Positions 40,657 to 51,334 are shown, numbered from the stretch's first letter. The stretch is 64,000 nucleotides of DNA from Gammaproteobacteria bacterium (GCA_965202915.1 OZ241847.1:1601288-1665287), one strand, 5' to 3'. Notes: generated from the letters alone by a model not told the origin. Numbers and translations: made by a program.

Positions 40657-41109
40657 TCAACCCATGGCCGCCTTGTGTTTCGCCCTGATGTAATCGGAAT
40701 GCGAAACATATAACAGATCGGCGATTTTTCTCACGTAGTATTCCTCATATTTATCGATATTTTGATCGACCATCGCCACCCGCCATAAATGCTGCACAAT
40801 CTGAGCCCGCTCCTTTCTGTCCAATTGTTCATTCAACAGCCGGATAAACTCGTGCAGTGACACCGCATTATTCACCTCCCGTCTGGCGGCGGCAACCAAT
40901 TGTTGCGTCTCGGTTTGATCCAGGCCGAATAATTCAATGATCAGTTTTTCTATGGTTTGAATCTCCTCGACCTGAATGGTGGAATCGGCAAGACTGATCT
41001 CGATCAGCAATACCGCGGTGGCCAGTTCGATGGTATGCGTTTGAGCCGGCACTTCTTTACCCGGGGCGGGCAATAGTTTATCGATATATCCCTGGATTTT
41101 AGACAGCAT
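40657..41109 (-). CDS. TerB-like (DjlA N-terminal-like) family protein.
   Basis: Helical protein of about 150 aa with a TerB-like charge pattern. Assignment is tentative. Confidence 0.5.
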   Translation of the reverse strand: MLSKIQGYIDKLLPAPGKEVPAQTHTIELATAVLLIEISLADSTIQVEEIQTIEKLIIELFGLDQTETQQLVAAARREVNNAVSLHEFIRLLNEQLDRKERAQIVQHLWRVAMVDQNIDKYEEYYVRKIADLLYVSHSDYIRAKHKAAMG

Positions 41110-41112
41110 CGA

Positions 41113-41430
41113 TTAGGTGCGGAAATATTTATGCTGATAGACGCCATCCTTGAAATCGACAAAGAAAACCTCCAGCATCGGATGAGTAATCGGTTTGGTC
41201 ACGCCGGATTGTTCCAGATTGCTTTCCGCCACGTAGGTTTCATGCAGCGCGTTATCCACCAGCACCCGGTACCAGGGCTGGTTTTTCGGTGGCCGTGACC
41301 GCGCAACCTGTTCATACCATTCATCGGTTCCCTGATAATATGGATCAACGTCGGCTATCACCCCGCGGTAATCAAATAATTTGTGGTCAACGATCTGACC
41401 GATTGAAAATTTTGCCCTATCCACGCTCAC
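41113..41430 (-). CDS. hspQ: Heat shock protein HspQ (YccV-like hemimethylated-DNA-binding domain).
   Basis: 'KFSIGQIVDHKLFDYRGVIADVDP' matches the HspQ N-terminus. Confidence 0.8.
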   Translation of the reverse strand: MSVDRAKFSIGQIVDHKLFDYRGVIADVDPYYQGTDEWYEQVARSRPPKNQPWYRVLVDNALHETYVAESNLEQSGVTKPITHPMLEVFFVDFKDGVYQHKYFRT

Positions 41431-41453
41431 ACTCGTTTGTTCAGCCAGCGGCC

Positions 41454-41870
41454 TCAGGATTGCTCCCAGGGGAGATTATGGAAACGCCACCCATTAATGG
41501 TATTTCTATGATTCTTTTCATCCCGCTCACCTTCAAAGCCCTCTATGATATTATAGACCTCATAAAACCCGTCTTTGGTCAGCAGTTCGGCGGCCAGCGC
41601 CGAGCGTTTGCCGCTCCTGCAAATTGCCAATATGGGTAACTCTTCCAACGCACCGGATGGTCTGCTCTTGCCCGCCAGCAGCGTGCGCACGATCTCAGTA
41701 AAGCGCGGGTTTAATTGCCAGCCCGGCGGTTCCTGCAATGGGATATGCACCGCCCCGGCGGGATGACCGACGTATTGGTATTCCATCGTACTTCTGACGT
41801 CCAGCAACACCGCTTCGGGCCGGTTCTCGAGAAAATCCCAGGCCTGCAACGGCGTCAGTTCTTTTACCAT
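41454..41870 (-). CDS. Single-domain rhodanese sulfurtransferase.
   Basis: Active-site loop 'CRSGKRS'. Confidence 0.75.
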   Translation of the reverse strand: MVKELTPLQAWDFLENRPEAVLLDVRSTMEYQYVGHPAGAVHIPLQEPPGWQLNPRFTEIVRTLLAGKSRPSGALEELPILAICRSGKRSALAAELLTKDGFYEVYNIIEGFEGERDEKNHRNTINGWRFHNLPWEQS

Positions 41871-42053
41871 AACGATTCCGACCCCGCCGGCGGGCGCGGA
41901 TCATAAAATGAAACATTGATCGATACTGATAAGATATTTAACATGCGGATATTATAGCGGAATAGTCCCCTAAGGTCTGTTTATTATTATTCCCGCGTAT
42001 TCCTTGGTACTATCTTTAATCTACAAATCCGGAGAAAAAAAGAGAAAAATAAT

Positions 42054-43004
42054 ATGTCTATGGCTAATACGTCTATGGCGGATCGTGATGGGGTGATCTG
42101 GTTTGACGGTGAGATGATCCCCTGGCGCGAAGCAAACGTGCACGTCCTAACCCATACCCTCCACTATGGAATGGGGGTATTTGAGGGGATCCGTGCCTAT
42201 CAGGCGGACGCGGGGACGATGATTTTTCGCCTGCCGGAACATATCGACCGCCTGTTCAGATCGGCGCATATCCTGTGCATGGATATGCCCTATGATAAAC
42301 CCACCATTACCCGGGCCTGCATCGACGCGGTTCAGCAAAACCGGCTGGACGACGCCTATATCAGGCCGATGTGTTTCTACGGAGCCGAAGGCATGGGGCT
42401 GGCCGCGAATAATCTGCGGGTGCATGTGATCATCGCCGCCTGGTCCTGGGGGACTTATCTGGGAGGAGAGGCATTGCAGCAGGGGATCAGAGTAAAAACC
42501 TCTTCCCACACCCGCCACGCCGGCGTCACCACCTATAAAGCCAAGGCCAACGGTAACTATATAAACTCCATGCTGGCCCTGCAGGAAGCGCTGGCCTGTG
42601 GATATGATGAAGCCCTGCTGCTCGACAGCGACGGCCACGTTGTCGAGGGCAGTGGTGAGAACATTTTTCTGGTGCGCGACGGCACGCTGATAACGCCGGA
42701 TCTGAGCGCGGCGCTGGAGGGGATCACACGCGACACGATCATGCAGTTGGCCGAAGATTGCCGGCTGCCGGTGCTGGAAAAGCGCATCACACGCGATGAA
42801 ATCTACGTCGCGGATGAGGCTTTTTTTACCGGCACGGCGGCTGAGGTTACGCCAATACGGGAGTTGGACGGCAGGCTGATAGGCGGCGGCGCCAGGGGCC
42901 CCGTTACCGAAAAACTACAGGGTTTATATTTTCAGTCCGTGCGGGGAGAACGTCCGCAACACCGGGCCTGGCTCACCCACCTCAACGGCGGCAGTCAAAA
43001 ATGA
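42054..43004 (+). CDS. ilvE: Branched-chain amino acid aminotransferase.
   Basis: Class IV aminotransferase with a typical IlvE N-terminus ('IWFDGEMIPW..GVFEGIRAY'). Confidence 0.9.
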   Translation: MSMANTSMADRDGVIWFDGEMIPWREANVHVLTHTLHYGMGVFEGIRAYQADAGTMIFRLPEHIDRLFRSAHILCMDMPYDKPTITRACIDAVQQNRLDDAYIRPMCFYGAEGMGLAANNLRVHVIIAAWSWGTYLGGEALQQGIRVKTSSHTRHAGVTTYKAKANGNYINSMLALQEALACGYDEALLLDSDGHVVEGSGENIFLVRDGTLITPDLSAALEGITRDTIMQLAEDCRLPVLEKRITRDEIYVADEAFFTGTAAEVTPIRELDGRLIGGGARGPVTEKLQGLYFQSVRGERPQHRAWLTHLNGGSQK

Positions 43005-43219
43005 CCGGCGAAAATCATAATCCCGCCGATCCGAAGCCGTCGAGATCACCGTCAATCTGCACCGTTACCAGAGAAATGTTGCCATTACATTGCCCGACGC
43101 CGGCAATGAGCCTGTGGGATTCCCACCCGCGGGTTTTCCTGCCGATAGAAGAAACCGGCCGGGTCGCCTGTCCATATTGCGGCACACAATTTGTGTTGCG
43201 GGATGAAGACCCACGGTAG
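43001..43219 (+). CDS. Small zinc-ribbon protein.
   Basis: 'CPTP..CPYCG' four-Cys arrangement. It overlaps the ilvE stop. Confidence 0.45.
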   Translation: MTGENHNPADPKPSRSPSICTVTREMLPLHCPTPAMSLWDSHPRVFLPIEETGRVACPYCGTQFVLRDEDPR

Positions 43220-43293
43220 CACGGACTGATATATCTGGCAGTATGTGGATATATCGGCTATGATGGAAGCGTATTGATGATTGGAGAAAAACC

Positions 43294-43521
43294 ATGCCTG
43301 GAATAACGGAACTGCTGGTTATCCTGCTCATCGTGGCCCTGCTGTTTGGCACTAAAAAACTCCGCAGCATGGGCGGCGATCTTGGCAATGCGTTAAAGAG
43401 TTTTCGCAGCGCCATTAAGGATGAAGAGCCGCAGGCGATCCCGAAATCGCCGCCACCGGAAAGCGAGCAGATCATTGAAGGACGGGTTGAATCGGAAGGC
43501 AAATCTTCCGCCGATTCCTGA
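43294..43521 (+). CDS. tatA: Twin-arginine translocase subunit TatA.
   Basis: '[18 protein letters not shown]' TM helix plus amphipathic helix. Confidence 0.9.
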   Translation: MPGITELLVILLIVALLFGTKKLRSMGGDLGNALKSFRSAIKDEEPQAIPKSPPPESEQIIEGRVESEGKSSADS

Positions 43522-43547
43522 GCGCGCCCTGAGCCTCGGTTGTATCG

Positions 43548-43817
43548 ATGTTTGATATCGGTTTCTGGGAATTAATTCTAATCGCGGTCATTGCCCTGCT
43601 GGTCGTCGGGCCGGAACGCATCCCGGCGGTGGCGGTGGAAACCGGCAAATGGATCATAAAAATAAAAAAAATGATCCATGCGTTTCGCAGCGGACTTGAA
43701 AAAGAAATGCATTTCCTGGGAGAAGGGAAAAATCTTTCCAAACAAATCAATGATTTGGACCAACTCATGCAAAACGCCCCCGATAAAAAATCCCCCGACC
43801 ATAAGGAATCAGGGTAA
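43548..43817 (+). CDS. tatB: Twin-arginine translocase subunit TatB.
   Basis: 'MFDIGFWELILIAVIALLVVGPERIP'. Confidence 0.85.
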   Translation: MFDIGFWELILIAVIALLVVGPERIPAVAVETGKWIIKIKKMIHAFRSGLEKEMHFLGEGKNLSKQINDLDQLMQNAPDKKSPDHKESG

Positions 43818-43844
43818 CCATTACAGCCCGACCGGCGCTTCAGC

Positions 43845-44603
43845 ATGAACGACGATATTGAAGGGCATGAACAAACACTGATCGCGCACCTGAAAGAGCT
43901 TCGACTCTGCCTGATGCGGGCGATGGTGGCGGTGCTGATCATCTTTTTGGGCCTGCTCTATTTTGCCGGCGACATTTATCATTTGATCGCGCTGCCGCTG
44001 ATCGACAAACTGCCGGAAGGCGGCAGTATGATTGCCACCGAAGTCGCCTCGCCTTTCTTTACGCCGCTCAAACTCACTTTCTTTACGGCCGTTTATATTG
44101 CGATGCCGTTTATTCTGTATCAGGCATGGAGTTTTATCTCTCCGGGGTTGTATAACAATGAACGCCGGGTCGCATTGCCGATCATTCTAAGCGGTGCGAT
44201 GCTGTTTTATGCCGGCACCGGATTTGCCTATTACGTCGTATTTCCGCTGGTATTTGGCTTCCTGACCGCGATCCCCCCCACGGGCGTAAAAATTATGACC
44301 GATATACAGCATTATCTGGACTTCATCATCAAGCTGTTTTTTGCCTTCGGTCTTGCCTTTGAGATACCGATAGCAACCTTCATGCTGGTTCGCGGGGAAT
44401 TCATATCCGTGTCCGGCCTGCGCCGGAATCGTCCATACGTGATCATCATGGCCTTCGTGCTGGGCATGTTGCTGACGCCGCCGGATATCGTATCGCAGAT
44501 CCTGTTGGCGGTGCCGGTCTGGCTGCTGTTTGAGATCGGCTTAATGATCAGTGCATACGCGCAAAATGAAGATTCCGGGGCGGAAACCTCCGATCAATCC
44601 TAA
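43845..44603 (+). CDS. tatC: Twin-arginine translocase subunit TatC.
   Basis: Six-TM TatC-family protein beginning 'LIAHLKELR'. Confidence 0.95.
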   Translation: MNDDIEGHEQTLIAHLKELRLCLMRAMVAVLIIFLGLLYFAGDIYHLIALPLIDKLPEGGSMIATEVASPFFTPLKLTFFTAVYIAMPFILYQAWSFISPGLYNNERRVALPIILSGAMLFYAGTGFAYYVVFPLVFGFLTAIPPTGVKIMTDIQHYLDFIIKLFFAFGLAFEIPIATFMLVRGEFISVSGLRRNRPYVIIMAFVLGMLLTPPDIVSQILLAVPVWLLFEIGLMISAYAQNEDSGAETSDQS

Positions 44604-44665
44604 CCCGCCTGGCGGCCACTGCAAGCGCCTGTTCAGGTTATTCAGGTTATTCAGGGGGGGGGAGG

Positions 44666-45694
44666 TCAGTTAAACTGCTTTAAGAAACGCAAATCATTAT
44701 CAAAAAACAGCCGTATATCATCAACATTGTAATACAGCATCGTCAGCCGCTCAACCCCCATGCCGAATGCCAGCCCCATATATCGCTCCGGATCGATATC
44801 AACATTCTTGAGCACGTTGGGGTGGACCATGCCACAACCTAAAACCTCAAGCCAGCCGTTTTCGCCCATGATGTCGACCTCCGCCGACGGTTCGGTGAAT
44901 GGGAAGTAGGAGGGCCTGAACCGGATCCGCAGTTCACGTTCAAAAAAATTCTCCAGAAAATCGATCAACAAACCTTTTAATTCGGCAAAAGTGACGGCCA
45001 CGTCGACCACCAGACCTTCAACCTGATGAAACATCGGAGTATGGGTCATATCGGAATCACATCTATAAACGCGGCCGGGTGAGATGAACCGAAACGGCGG
45101 CTCACTTTTTTGCATTATCCTGATTTGCACCGACGAAGTATGGGTACGCAGCAAACGTCCGTCGGCGAAATAAAACGTATCGTGCATCGCCCGCGCCGGA
45201 TGCTTTTCCGGAATATTGAGGGCCTCAAAATTATGGTATTTATCCTCAATCTCCGGGCCTTCGAGCACCTCAAAACCAATCCGCTCCAACAGCGTTTCTA
45301 TGCGGTGTAAAGTGCGGGTTATCGGATGCAAATGGCCGGCGGCCAGACCTCTTCCCGGCAGCGTCACGTCGAGTCCGGGGCGGTCAATTTTTTCGTCGAG
45401 GCGGGTCTCTTCCAGGGCCTTTTTTTTGGCCTCTATCGCGGCCAGTATTTCAGCTTTGGCCTGATTCACGACCCGCCCGGCGGCGGGCCGGTCCTGAGCG
45501 GACAAACCGCCCAGCCGCTTTAAGAATTGGGTCAGCTCACCCTTCCGACCCAGCGCCGCAACCCGCAGCGTATCCAGATCGGCCAGATTGGACGCATTTT
45601 CTATGCCGGCCAGAGACTCCCGCAGCAAATGGGTGATCCGCTGAGCATCATAATTAGCCAAGGATGTTAGCAGGCCCTCTCTAAAGCAAGGCAA
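44666..45694 (-). CDS. pheS: Phenylalanine--tRNA ligase alpha subunit.
   Basis: Class II aminoacyl-tRNA synthetase motifs, downstream of rplT. Confidence 0.95.
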   Translation of the reverse strand: MPCFREGLLTSLANYDAQRITHLLRESLAGIENASNLADLDTLRVAALGRKGELTQFLKRLGGLSAQDRPAAGRVVNQAKAEILAAIEAKKKALEETRLDEKIDRPGLDVTLPGRGLAAGHLHPITRTLHRIETLLERIGFEVLEGPEIEDKYHNFEALNIPEKHPARAMHDTFYFADGRLLRTHTSSVQIRIMQKSEPPFRFISPGRVYRCDSDMTHTPMFHQVEGLVVDVAVTFAELKGLLIDFLENFFERELRIRFRPSYFPFTEPSAEVDIMGENGWLEVLGCGMVHPNVLKNVDIDPERYMGLAFGMGVERLTMLYYNVDDIRLFFDNDLRFLKQFN

Positions 45695-45728
45695 AGGAGG
45701 ATATAAAACAACCGCATTTCAGAGTATT

Positions 45729-46094
45729 TCAAGAACGCCCATCGAGCCCCAGTTTCGCCCGATTCGCCAACTCGGCAAATGCCGCTTTATCGAGCACGCT
45801 GATATCGGCCAGCACTTTTCGGTCCAACTCTATCGCGGCTCGTTTCAGGCCATCGATAAACCGGCTGTAAGACAAACCGTGCTCGCGGGCGGCGGCATTA
45901 ATTCGGGTGATCCACAGTGCCCGCATCTCAGATTTACGCCGGCGCCGGTCGCGATAGGCGTATTGGCCGGCTCTGGTGACCGCCTGTTTGGCGACTCTCA
46001 GCACGTTCTTTCTGCGGCCGCGATAGCCTTTCGCCCGTGCGATTATCTTTTTATGTCTGGCATGAGCGGTGGTCCCGCGTTTTACTCTGGGCAT
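45729..46094 (-). CDS. rplT: 50S ribosomal protein L20.
   Basis: Strong identity to L20 ('[11 protein letters not shown]','RINAAAR'). Confidence 0.95.
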   Translation of the reverse strand: MPRVKRGTTAHARHKKIIARAKGYRGRRKNVLRVAKQAVTRAGQYAYRDRRRRKSEMRALWITRINAAAREHGLSYSRFIDGLKRAAIELDRKVLADISVLDKAAFAELANRAKLGLDGRS

Positions 46095-46109
46095 ATCAGT
46101 TTCGCTCCT

Positions 46110-46307
46110 TTATAGGTATGGCACCATGCGCGCAACCGCCTGCCGGTCATGATCATGGATTGCGATCATGCTGCGGAGCTTGCGCTTGCGATTGGCGCTC
46201 TTCTTGGTCAGGATATGACTACGGTGTGATTGACGGTGTTTAAATCCACCTGAGGCGGTTCGGGAAAACCGTTTTGCCGCGCCTCGATTTGTCTTCATTT
46301 TTGGCAT
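46110..46307 (-). CDS. rpmI: 50S ribosomal protein L35.
   Basis: '[20 protein letters not shown]'. Confidence 0.95.
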   Translation of the reverse strand: MPKMKTNRGAAKRFSRTASGGFKHRQSHRSHILTKKSANRKRKLRSMIAIHDHDRQAVARMVPYL

Positions 46308-46326
46308 TTCTATTTACTCCGGGCCA

Positions 46327-46852
46327 TTATCTTTTCGGTGCCAGCACCATCGCCATCTGCCGACCCTCCAGTTTCGGAAGCTGTTCCACCACCCCATGTT
46401 CCTGCAAATCGTTCTCGATTCTATCCAGCATTTTGGGGCCCAATTCCTGATGGGCCATTTCACGTCCGCGAAATCTAAGCGTTACTTTCACTTTGTCACC
46501 TTTGGTTAAAAACCGGATTAAATTCTTTAATTTCACTTGATAGTCCCCCTCCTCGGTACCGGGCCTGAATTTTATTTCCTTAACCTGGATATGTTTTTGC
46601 TTTCTTTTTGAAGCATGTTTCTTTTTATTCAGATTAAACAAATATTTGCCATAATTCATGATCCGGCAAACGGGCGGCTCAGCATTGGGGACGATTTCCA
46701 CCAGATCCAGATTGGCCTGCTCCGCTATCTTATTCGCTTGTTCCAATGCGACGATCCCTATTTGTTCTCCGTCGGCGTCAATTAATCGCACCTCCGCCAC
46801 GGTGATCTGTTCATTCAGGCGTGTCTGTTTATCCGCTGTAATACTCTATATC
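46327..46852 (-). CDS. infC: Translation initiation factor IF-3, probably using an AUU start.
   Basis: IF-3 identity throughout. Upstream of the track's GTG start the frame stays open back to an in-frame ATT at 46850-46852, directly after a TAG. Translation from it gives '[20 protein letters not shown]', matching the E. coli-type IF-3 N-terminus. Confidence 0.85.
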
Positions 46853-48784
46853 CTCCAAAAAATTGCGACCATAATGCGTTACCGCAGCATCCAGATGCCG
46901 TCTAAAACCATCCACAGACATCGCACCCATGCTCTTACCCTCATCCCGCGCACGCACCGCCACAGTGTTATTTTCCACTTCCCGCGCCCCAATCACCAGT
47001 TGGTAAGGAACACGTTGCATTGCATGTTCACGAATTTTAAGCCCAATGGTTTCATTTCTCAAGTCAGTTTCCACCCTGAATCCGTGTTTTTTCAAGGTTT
47101 CCGCGACTTTTTTTGCCGCTTCCGCCTGGGCCGCCGCCAGCGAGATCACAACCGCCTGCACCGGTGCCAGCCAGACCGGCAACGCGCCGGCGTAATGCTC
47201 GATCAATATTCCGATAAAGCGCTCAATGGAACCGACAACCGCCCTATGCAGCATCACCGGCACCTGTTTGCGACTGTGTTCATCAATAAACCGCGCGCCG
47301 AGGCGGTCCGGCATCGCAAAATCCACCTGAATGGTGCCGCACTGCCAGACGCGGCCAATACAATCCTTTAATGAAAACTCGATCTTTGGGCCATAAAACG
47401 CACCCTCACCGGGTTGCAACTCCCAATCCAGTTTTTTGGTATTCAGCGCCAGTTCCAGTGCCTGCTCAGCCTTGTCCCAGACAAAATCCTCGCCCACCCG
47501 GTTTTGCGGGCGGGTCGACAGCTTGATGATCACGTCGTCGAAACCAAAATCCGCATACACCTCAAACAGCATATCGATAAAATTTGAGACCTCCGACTGC
47601 AACTGCTCCTCCGTGCAGAAAATATGCGCGTCATCCTGGGTAAAATTTCTGGCACGCATCAGGCCATGCAAAGTACCCGAAGCTTCATTGCGGTGACATA
47701 CGCCAAACTCCGCAAGCCGAACAGGCAAATCATGATAACTTTTCAAACCCTGATTAAAAACCTGAACATGACACGGGCAATTCATCGGTTTGATCGCATA
47801 ATCCCGATTCTCGGAACTGGTGGTGAACATATCCCGCCTGAATTTATCCCAGTGGCCGGACCTCTCCCACAGCGAGCGGTCGGCAAGCTGCGGCGTATTG
47901 ATCTCCCGGTAACCATGCCGAAGCATCCTTGCCCGCATATATTGCTTGACAACCTGATAAACAGTCCAGCCCCTGGGATGCCAGAATACCATCCCCGGCG
48001 ACTCTTTTTGAAAGTGAAACAAATCCTGTTTTTTCGCCAACTTGCGATGATCGCGCTTTTCCGCCTCTTGCAGGCGGTGCAGATAATCCTTGAGGGATTT
48101 TTTATCCGGCCACGCGGTGCCATAAATACGCTGCAACATTTCATTTTTGGAATCGCCGCGCCAATAAGCCCCGGCCAGCTTGGTCAACTTGAAGGCCTTT
48201 AATTTGCCCGTGTTCGGGACGTGCGGCCCCCGGCACAGATCGGTGAATCCCTCCTGGGAATAGAGAGACAACTGTTCATCCTCCGGGATGGATTCTATAA
48301 TCCTGGCCTTGTATTCTTCACCGATATTACGAAAAAATTGAATCGCCTCATCCCTGGGCATAAGCGAACGACTTATGGCAATATTCGCATTCGCCAATTC
48401 CGTCATTTTGCTTTCTATCGCCTCTATATCCTCCGGGGTGAATGATCGGCTATAGGCAAAGTCATAATAAAATCCATCCGCAATCACCGGGCCGATAGTG
48501 ACCTGGGCCTCGGGAAACAACTCTTTAACCGCCTGCGCCATCAGATGGGCGCAGGAATGGCGGATAATTTCCAGCCCTTCCGGGTCTTTACCGGTAATGA
48601 TTCTCAACTGGCTGTCGGCGTCTATCTTAAAACCGGTATCCACCAGTTTATCGTTGACCACGCCGGCCAGCGCCTGTTTCGCAAGCCGCGGGCTGATATC
48701 GGCGGCGACATCGATCACCGCAACCGGACTCGGATACACCCGCCGGCTTTGATCAGGCAGAACTATTTGCGGCATCGCCGCCAC
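46829..48784 (-). CDS. thrS: Threonine--tRNA ligase.
   Basis: TGS domain, editing domain, class II core and anticodon-binding domain. Length 651 aa. Confidence 0.95.
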   Translation of the reverse strand: MAAMPQIVLPDQSRRVYPSPVAVIDVAADISPRLAKQALAGVVNDKLVDTGFKIDADSQLRIITGKDPEGLEIIRHSCAHLMAQAVKELFPEAQVTIGPVIADGFYYDFAYSRSFTPEDIEAIESKMTELANANIAISRSLMPRDEAIQFFRNIGEEYKARIIESIPEDEQLSLYSQEGFTDLCRGPHVPNTGKLKAFKLTKLAGAYWRGDSKNEMLQRIYGTAWPDKKSLKDYLHRLQEAEKRDHRKLAKKQDLFHFQKESPGMVFWHPRGWTVYQVVKQYMRARMLRHGYREINTPQLADRSLWERSGHWDKFRRDMFTTSSENRDYAIKPMNCPCHVQVFNQGLKSYHDLPVRLAEFGVCHRNEASGTLHGLMRARNFTQDDAHIFCTEEQLQSEVSNFIDMLFEVYADFGFDDVIIKLSTRPQNRVGEDFVWDKAEQALELALNTKKLDWELQPGEGAFYGPKIEFSLKDCIGRVWQCGTIQVDFAMPDRLGARFIDEHSRKQVPVMLHRAVVGSIERFIGILIEHYAGALPVWLAPVQAVVISLAAAQAEAAKKVAETLKKHGFRVETDLRNETIGLKIREHAMQRVPYQLVIGAREVENNTVAVRARDEGKSMGAMSVDGFRRHLDAAVTHYGRNFLEDIEYYSG

Positions 48785-48914
48785 CTGCCCAGGCCGTACC
48801 CCCCGCCAACCGGGCGGGCGGCCGCAACCGGCGTCACACCGGCCACGTTCATCGAATAAAAAGAGTTAAAATTGTTCATAACAGGAATCGCCGTGATGAT
48901 ACCAGTAAATTATG

Positions 48915-49215
48915 TTTGACGCCATTAAAGGAGGGTGGGTTTCCAAACCCGCCTAAAAATGTGTTTTATTACGGACGGGTTGAAAACCCGTCCTCCTCTT
49001 GTTTTATTATATTTAAAAGCCCCGATGCAGTCCGGAAATCCCGGTCGCTCAGAAAATCCGGCGTGCCGGGTGTGTGTTTTAAACAGGAGGGTGGGTTTCC
49101 AAACCCGCCTACGGGTTGAAAACCCGTCCTCCTTTTGTTTAATTATATTTAAAAGCCCCGATAGAAAATCCGGCGTGCCGGGTGTGTGTTTTATCGGGGT
49201 CGGGAGACCCCGACT
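48915..49215. repeat. REP/BIME-like mosaic of palindromic units.
   Basis: Hairpin units 'ggagggtgggtttccaaacccgcct', 'ggacgggttgaaaacccgtcc' and 'gtcgggagaccccgac', plus the shared block 'gcagtccggaaatcccggtcgctcagaaaatccggcgtgccgggtgtgtgtt'. The same units recur at five other sites. Confidence 0.8.
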
Positions 49216-49220
49216 CCTGT

Positions 49221-50672
49221 CTATTCAGTAAACACCTCCAGGGTCGCCTCTGTCACTCCCAGCGCCCGCCGCAGGGCCGGGCTGGCACTCAGCTCATCCC
49301 CAAACCGCAGGACATAGTACAGCAGTCGCCAGTCATTTTGGTCCAGGCCATCCACCTCGTCCAGGCTGTCCAGGTCTGCGTTCGTCAAGGCCGCGGCGCC
49401 GGTTTCCAGTGCGGCAATATTTTCGGCGTTCCCCAGCAGTGTGCTCAGCAGGTTGTCGGGCCGGGGCGTCAGCGAGAGATAATACAGGATCTGGGCATCC
49501 TGTGCGCTGACGGTCTGGTCCTGATTCAGGTCCAGCAGAATGGCGGCGTCGATTTGTGCGGTGGTGATCCGCAGGCAGTCGTCCGCACCGGCGGTGTCGG
49601 CTACAATGGCGTCGGCATCCACCCGCGAGCAGACAAAATGGGCGTCGCGGACGGTATCGTCAACACGGAACGCCACGTCTATGCGGCCGAGGGTGTCCAG
49701 CACGTCGTCAAACACATCGACGGGCAGCGTGATGAAGTCGTTGTCACGCAAATCCAGGGTCGCAAGCGCGGCCAGGCCGTCAAAGATACCGGCGGGCAGC
49801 GTGGTGAGGACATTGGTACTCAAATCCAGGGTCGCAAGCGCCGCCAGGTTGTCAAAGACACCGGCGGGCAGCGTGGTTAAGGCGTTATCATCCAACAGCA
49901 GGGTCGCAAGCGCCGGCATGCCCGTGAAATCACCACTTGCCAGGGAGGTGATACCGCCATCGCTCAAATCGAGAGTGGTTATCGCGGCCAGGTCGGCCTC
50001 CACCACGGACTCACAGGCGGGGGTTGGAGTGATCGCCGCAACAATAGCCGCCTCGACCTGCGGGGTGCGGTCGCAGATATCTACAGTCGGGGGAGGGGGG
50101 CCGTAAAGGAAATTTGCGCCGTTAATGTCATCCTGCTGAAGGGTATCGAGATTGCTGGTCCTGGCCTGCATGATCGCGGGGAGAGTCGGCTCGTGCCTAA
50201 GACCAATGGTATGGCCGAACTCATGCAGGGCAACCCGTTCGAAATCCACCGTTGCGCCCACGGGACCATTGTAGATATCGAAGTTGGTATTGCTATTGAA
50301 GATAATATCGGCTTCGATAATGAATCCACGAGAGACAGTGAAGAGAGCTATGCCGGCGACGTTCCGACCGAACGCTTCGCCACAAACCGTATTGCCGAAG
50401 TCGACACTGTTGGTGGACTCGTCCTCTGCATTGTTGCCACAGGGGTCGATATATCCATCCACCGCGACGAACTGAAACCCGGTCGCAACAGACCAGGCAT
50501 CCATGGCTCGTATGAGCGCGGCTCTCCAGGTTCCACCCATCGGTGACGTACCGGGAATATTGATGTAAAAGCCGGCTGTGGATTCTTCCCACCGGGGTTC
50601 TCCCTCGAAGAGTACAAAGGCAAGACCCGGAGTCGCGAGCGTCGCCGCCAGTAACAAAACCACCAAGCGCAT
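49221..50672 (-). CDS. Secreted multidomain protein: signal peptide, M10-like metzincin protease, leucine-rich repeats, and a C-terminal dockerin-like domain.
   Basis: Signal peptide 'MRLVVLLLAATLATPGLA'. Zinc motif 'HEFGHTIGLRHE' with a downstream 'AIM' Met-turn. About five LRRs ('LPAGVFDNLAALATLDLSTNVLTTLPAGIFDGL'). Two dockerin-like Ca-binding segments ('DLNQDQTVSAQDAQILYYL','DEVDGLDQNDWRLLYYVL'). Confidence 0.7.
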   Translation of the reverse strand: MRLVVLLLAATLATPGLAFVLFEGEPRWEESTAGFYINIPGTSPMGGTWRAALIRAMDAWSVATGFQFVAVDGYIDPCGNNAEDESTNSVDFGNTVCGEAFGRNVAGIALFTVSRGFIIEADIIFNSNTNFDIYNGPVGATVDFERVALHEFGHTIGLRHEPTLPAIMQARTSNLDTLQQDDINGANFLYGPPPPTVDICDRTPQVEAAIVAAITPTPACESVVEADLAAITTLDLSDGGITSLASGDFTGMPALATLLLDDNALTTLPAGVFDNLAALATLDLSTNVLTTLPAGIFDGLAALATLDLRDNDFITLPVDVFDDVLDTLGRIDVAFRVDDTVRDAHFVCSRVDADAIVADTAGADDCLRITTAQIDAAILLDLNQDQTVSAQDAQILYYLSLTPRPDNLLSTLLGNAENIAALETGAAALTNADLDSLDEVDGLDQNDWRLLYYVLRFGDELSASPALRRALGVTEATLEVFTE

Positions 50673-50676
50673 CCGT

Positions 50677-51303
50677 TCAGTTTTCCGCTATAATATTCAG
50701 AATACTGGTTTTGAATTCTTCCACGGTGAGGGCGCTGTCCATGGTGACCGGGCTGGTATCCGTCATCACTCCGGCGGCGACCTCGCCGTTGCCCTCGATC
50801 AGCCGCTGTGATCGCTTGATTGCGGGGGAGATTGAGGAGGGCGATTGAATCCGGGTAACCGGCCGGTCATCAACGGTACTGATGCGCCGCTCGCCGCCGG
50901 TTTCGATGATCAGGAAATGACCCTGTGACCAGCCCAGCAGGGGATTCAGCAAATTGCGGCGGGCGGATTCGACAAAATAAATCCCCTGTTCGCCGGTTTT
51001 GGGAATGATCAGGCCGCCGACTGCAACCCTCCGACCGTTAAAGGTGCCACCCGTGAATTTAAGTTCTATGGAATCGGCATTTAAATCGCCTTTCAGCACG
51101 TCCAGTACGGAAAAGGTGACGTAAGTGCTGATGATTTTGGTGTCGGCGTCTTCCCCGGTCTGATGCCGGATAACCCGCCCTTCAAAGATCAGTTCGGCGT
51201 CCCCGGCCACCTGATCGATATCCATACCCAGGATGGTGGCGGCGTCCGGCCGCCCGACCGCAAGCACGGTCAGGAAAATCAGTGCGGCGCTTTTGTTCAT
51301 TAA
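50677..51303 (-). CDS. Secreted hypothetical protein, probably cotranscribed with the metzincin gene.
   Basis: The likely start is the internal Met of 'MNKSAALIFLTVLAVGRPDAA' (signal peptide). The longer ORF upstream of that runs into a REP element. The stop lies 5 nt from the start of the next gene. Confidence 0.5.
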   Translation of the reverse strand, partial: LMNKSAALIFLTVLAVGRPDAATILGMDIDQVAGDAELIFEGRVIRHQTGEDADTKIISTYVTFSVLDVLKGDLNADSIELKFTGGTFNGRRVAVGGLIIPKTGEQGIYFVESARRNLLNPLLGWSQGHFLIIETGGERRISTVDDRPVTRIQSPSSISPAIKRSQRLIEGNGEVAAGVMTDTSPVTMDSALTVEEFKTSILNIIAEN

Positions 51304-51334
51304 GTCATATGCCTTGTTGTGAACATTTCTTTCC

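Noticed and set aside
46658-48859. Plus-strand ORFs of 84-237 aa inside thrS
   Set aside because: They are antisense to a highly conserved aminoacyl-tRNA synthetase gene and have no protein-like features.
48915-49215. tRNA-like stem-loops ('gggtttccaaaccc') in REP units
   Set aside because: The stem-loop has a 4-nt loop, not a 7-nt T-loop. There are no D-arm or anticodon-arm counterparts. The unit recurs at about 8 sites, as a REP element would.
49182-50623. Plus-strand ORFs of 117-232 aa opposite the metzincin-LRR gene
   Set aside because: They are antisense to a gene with a clear signal peptide and clear domain motifs. Their composition is Gly/Arg/Val-rich.
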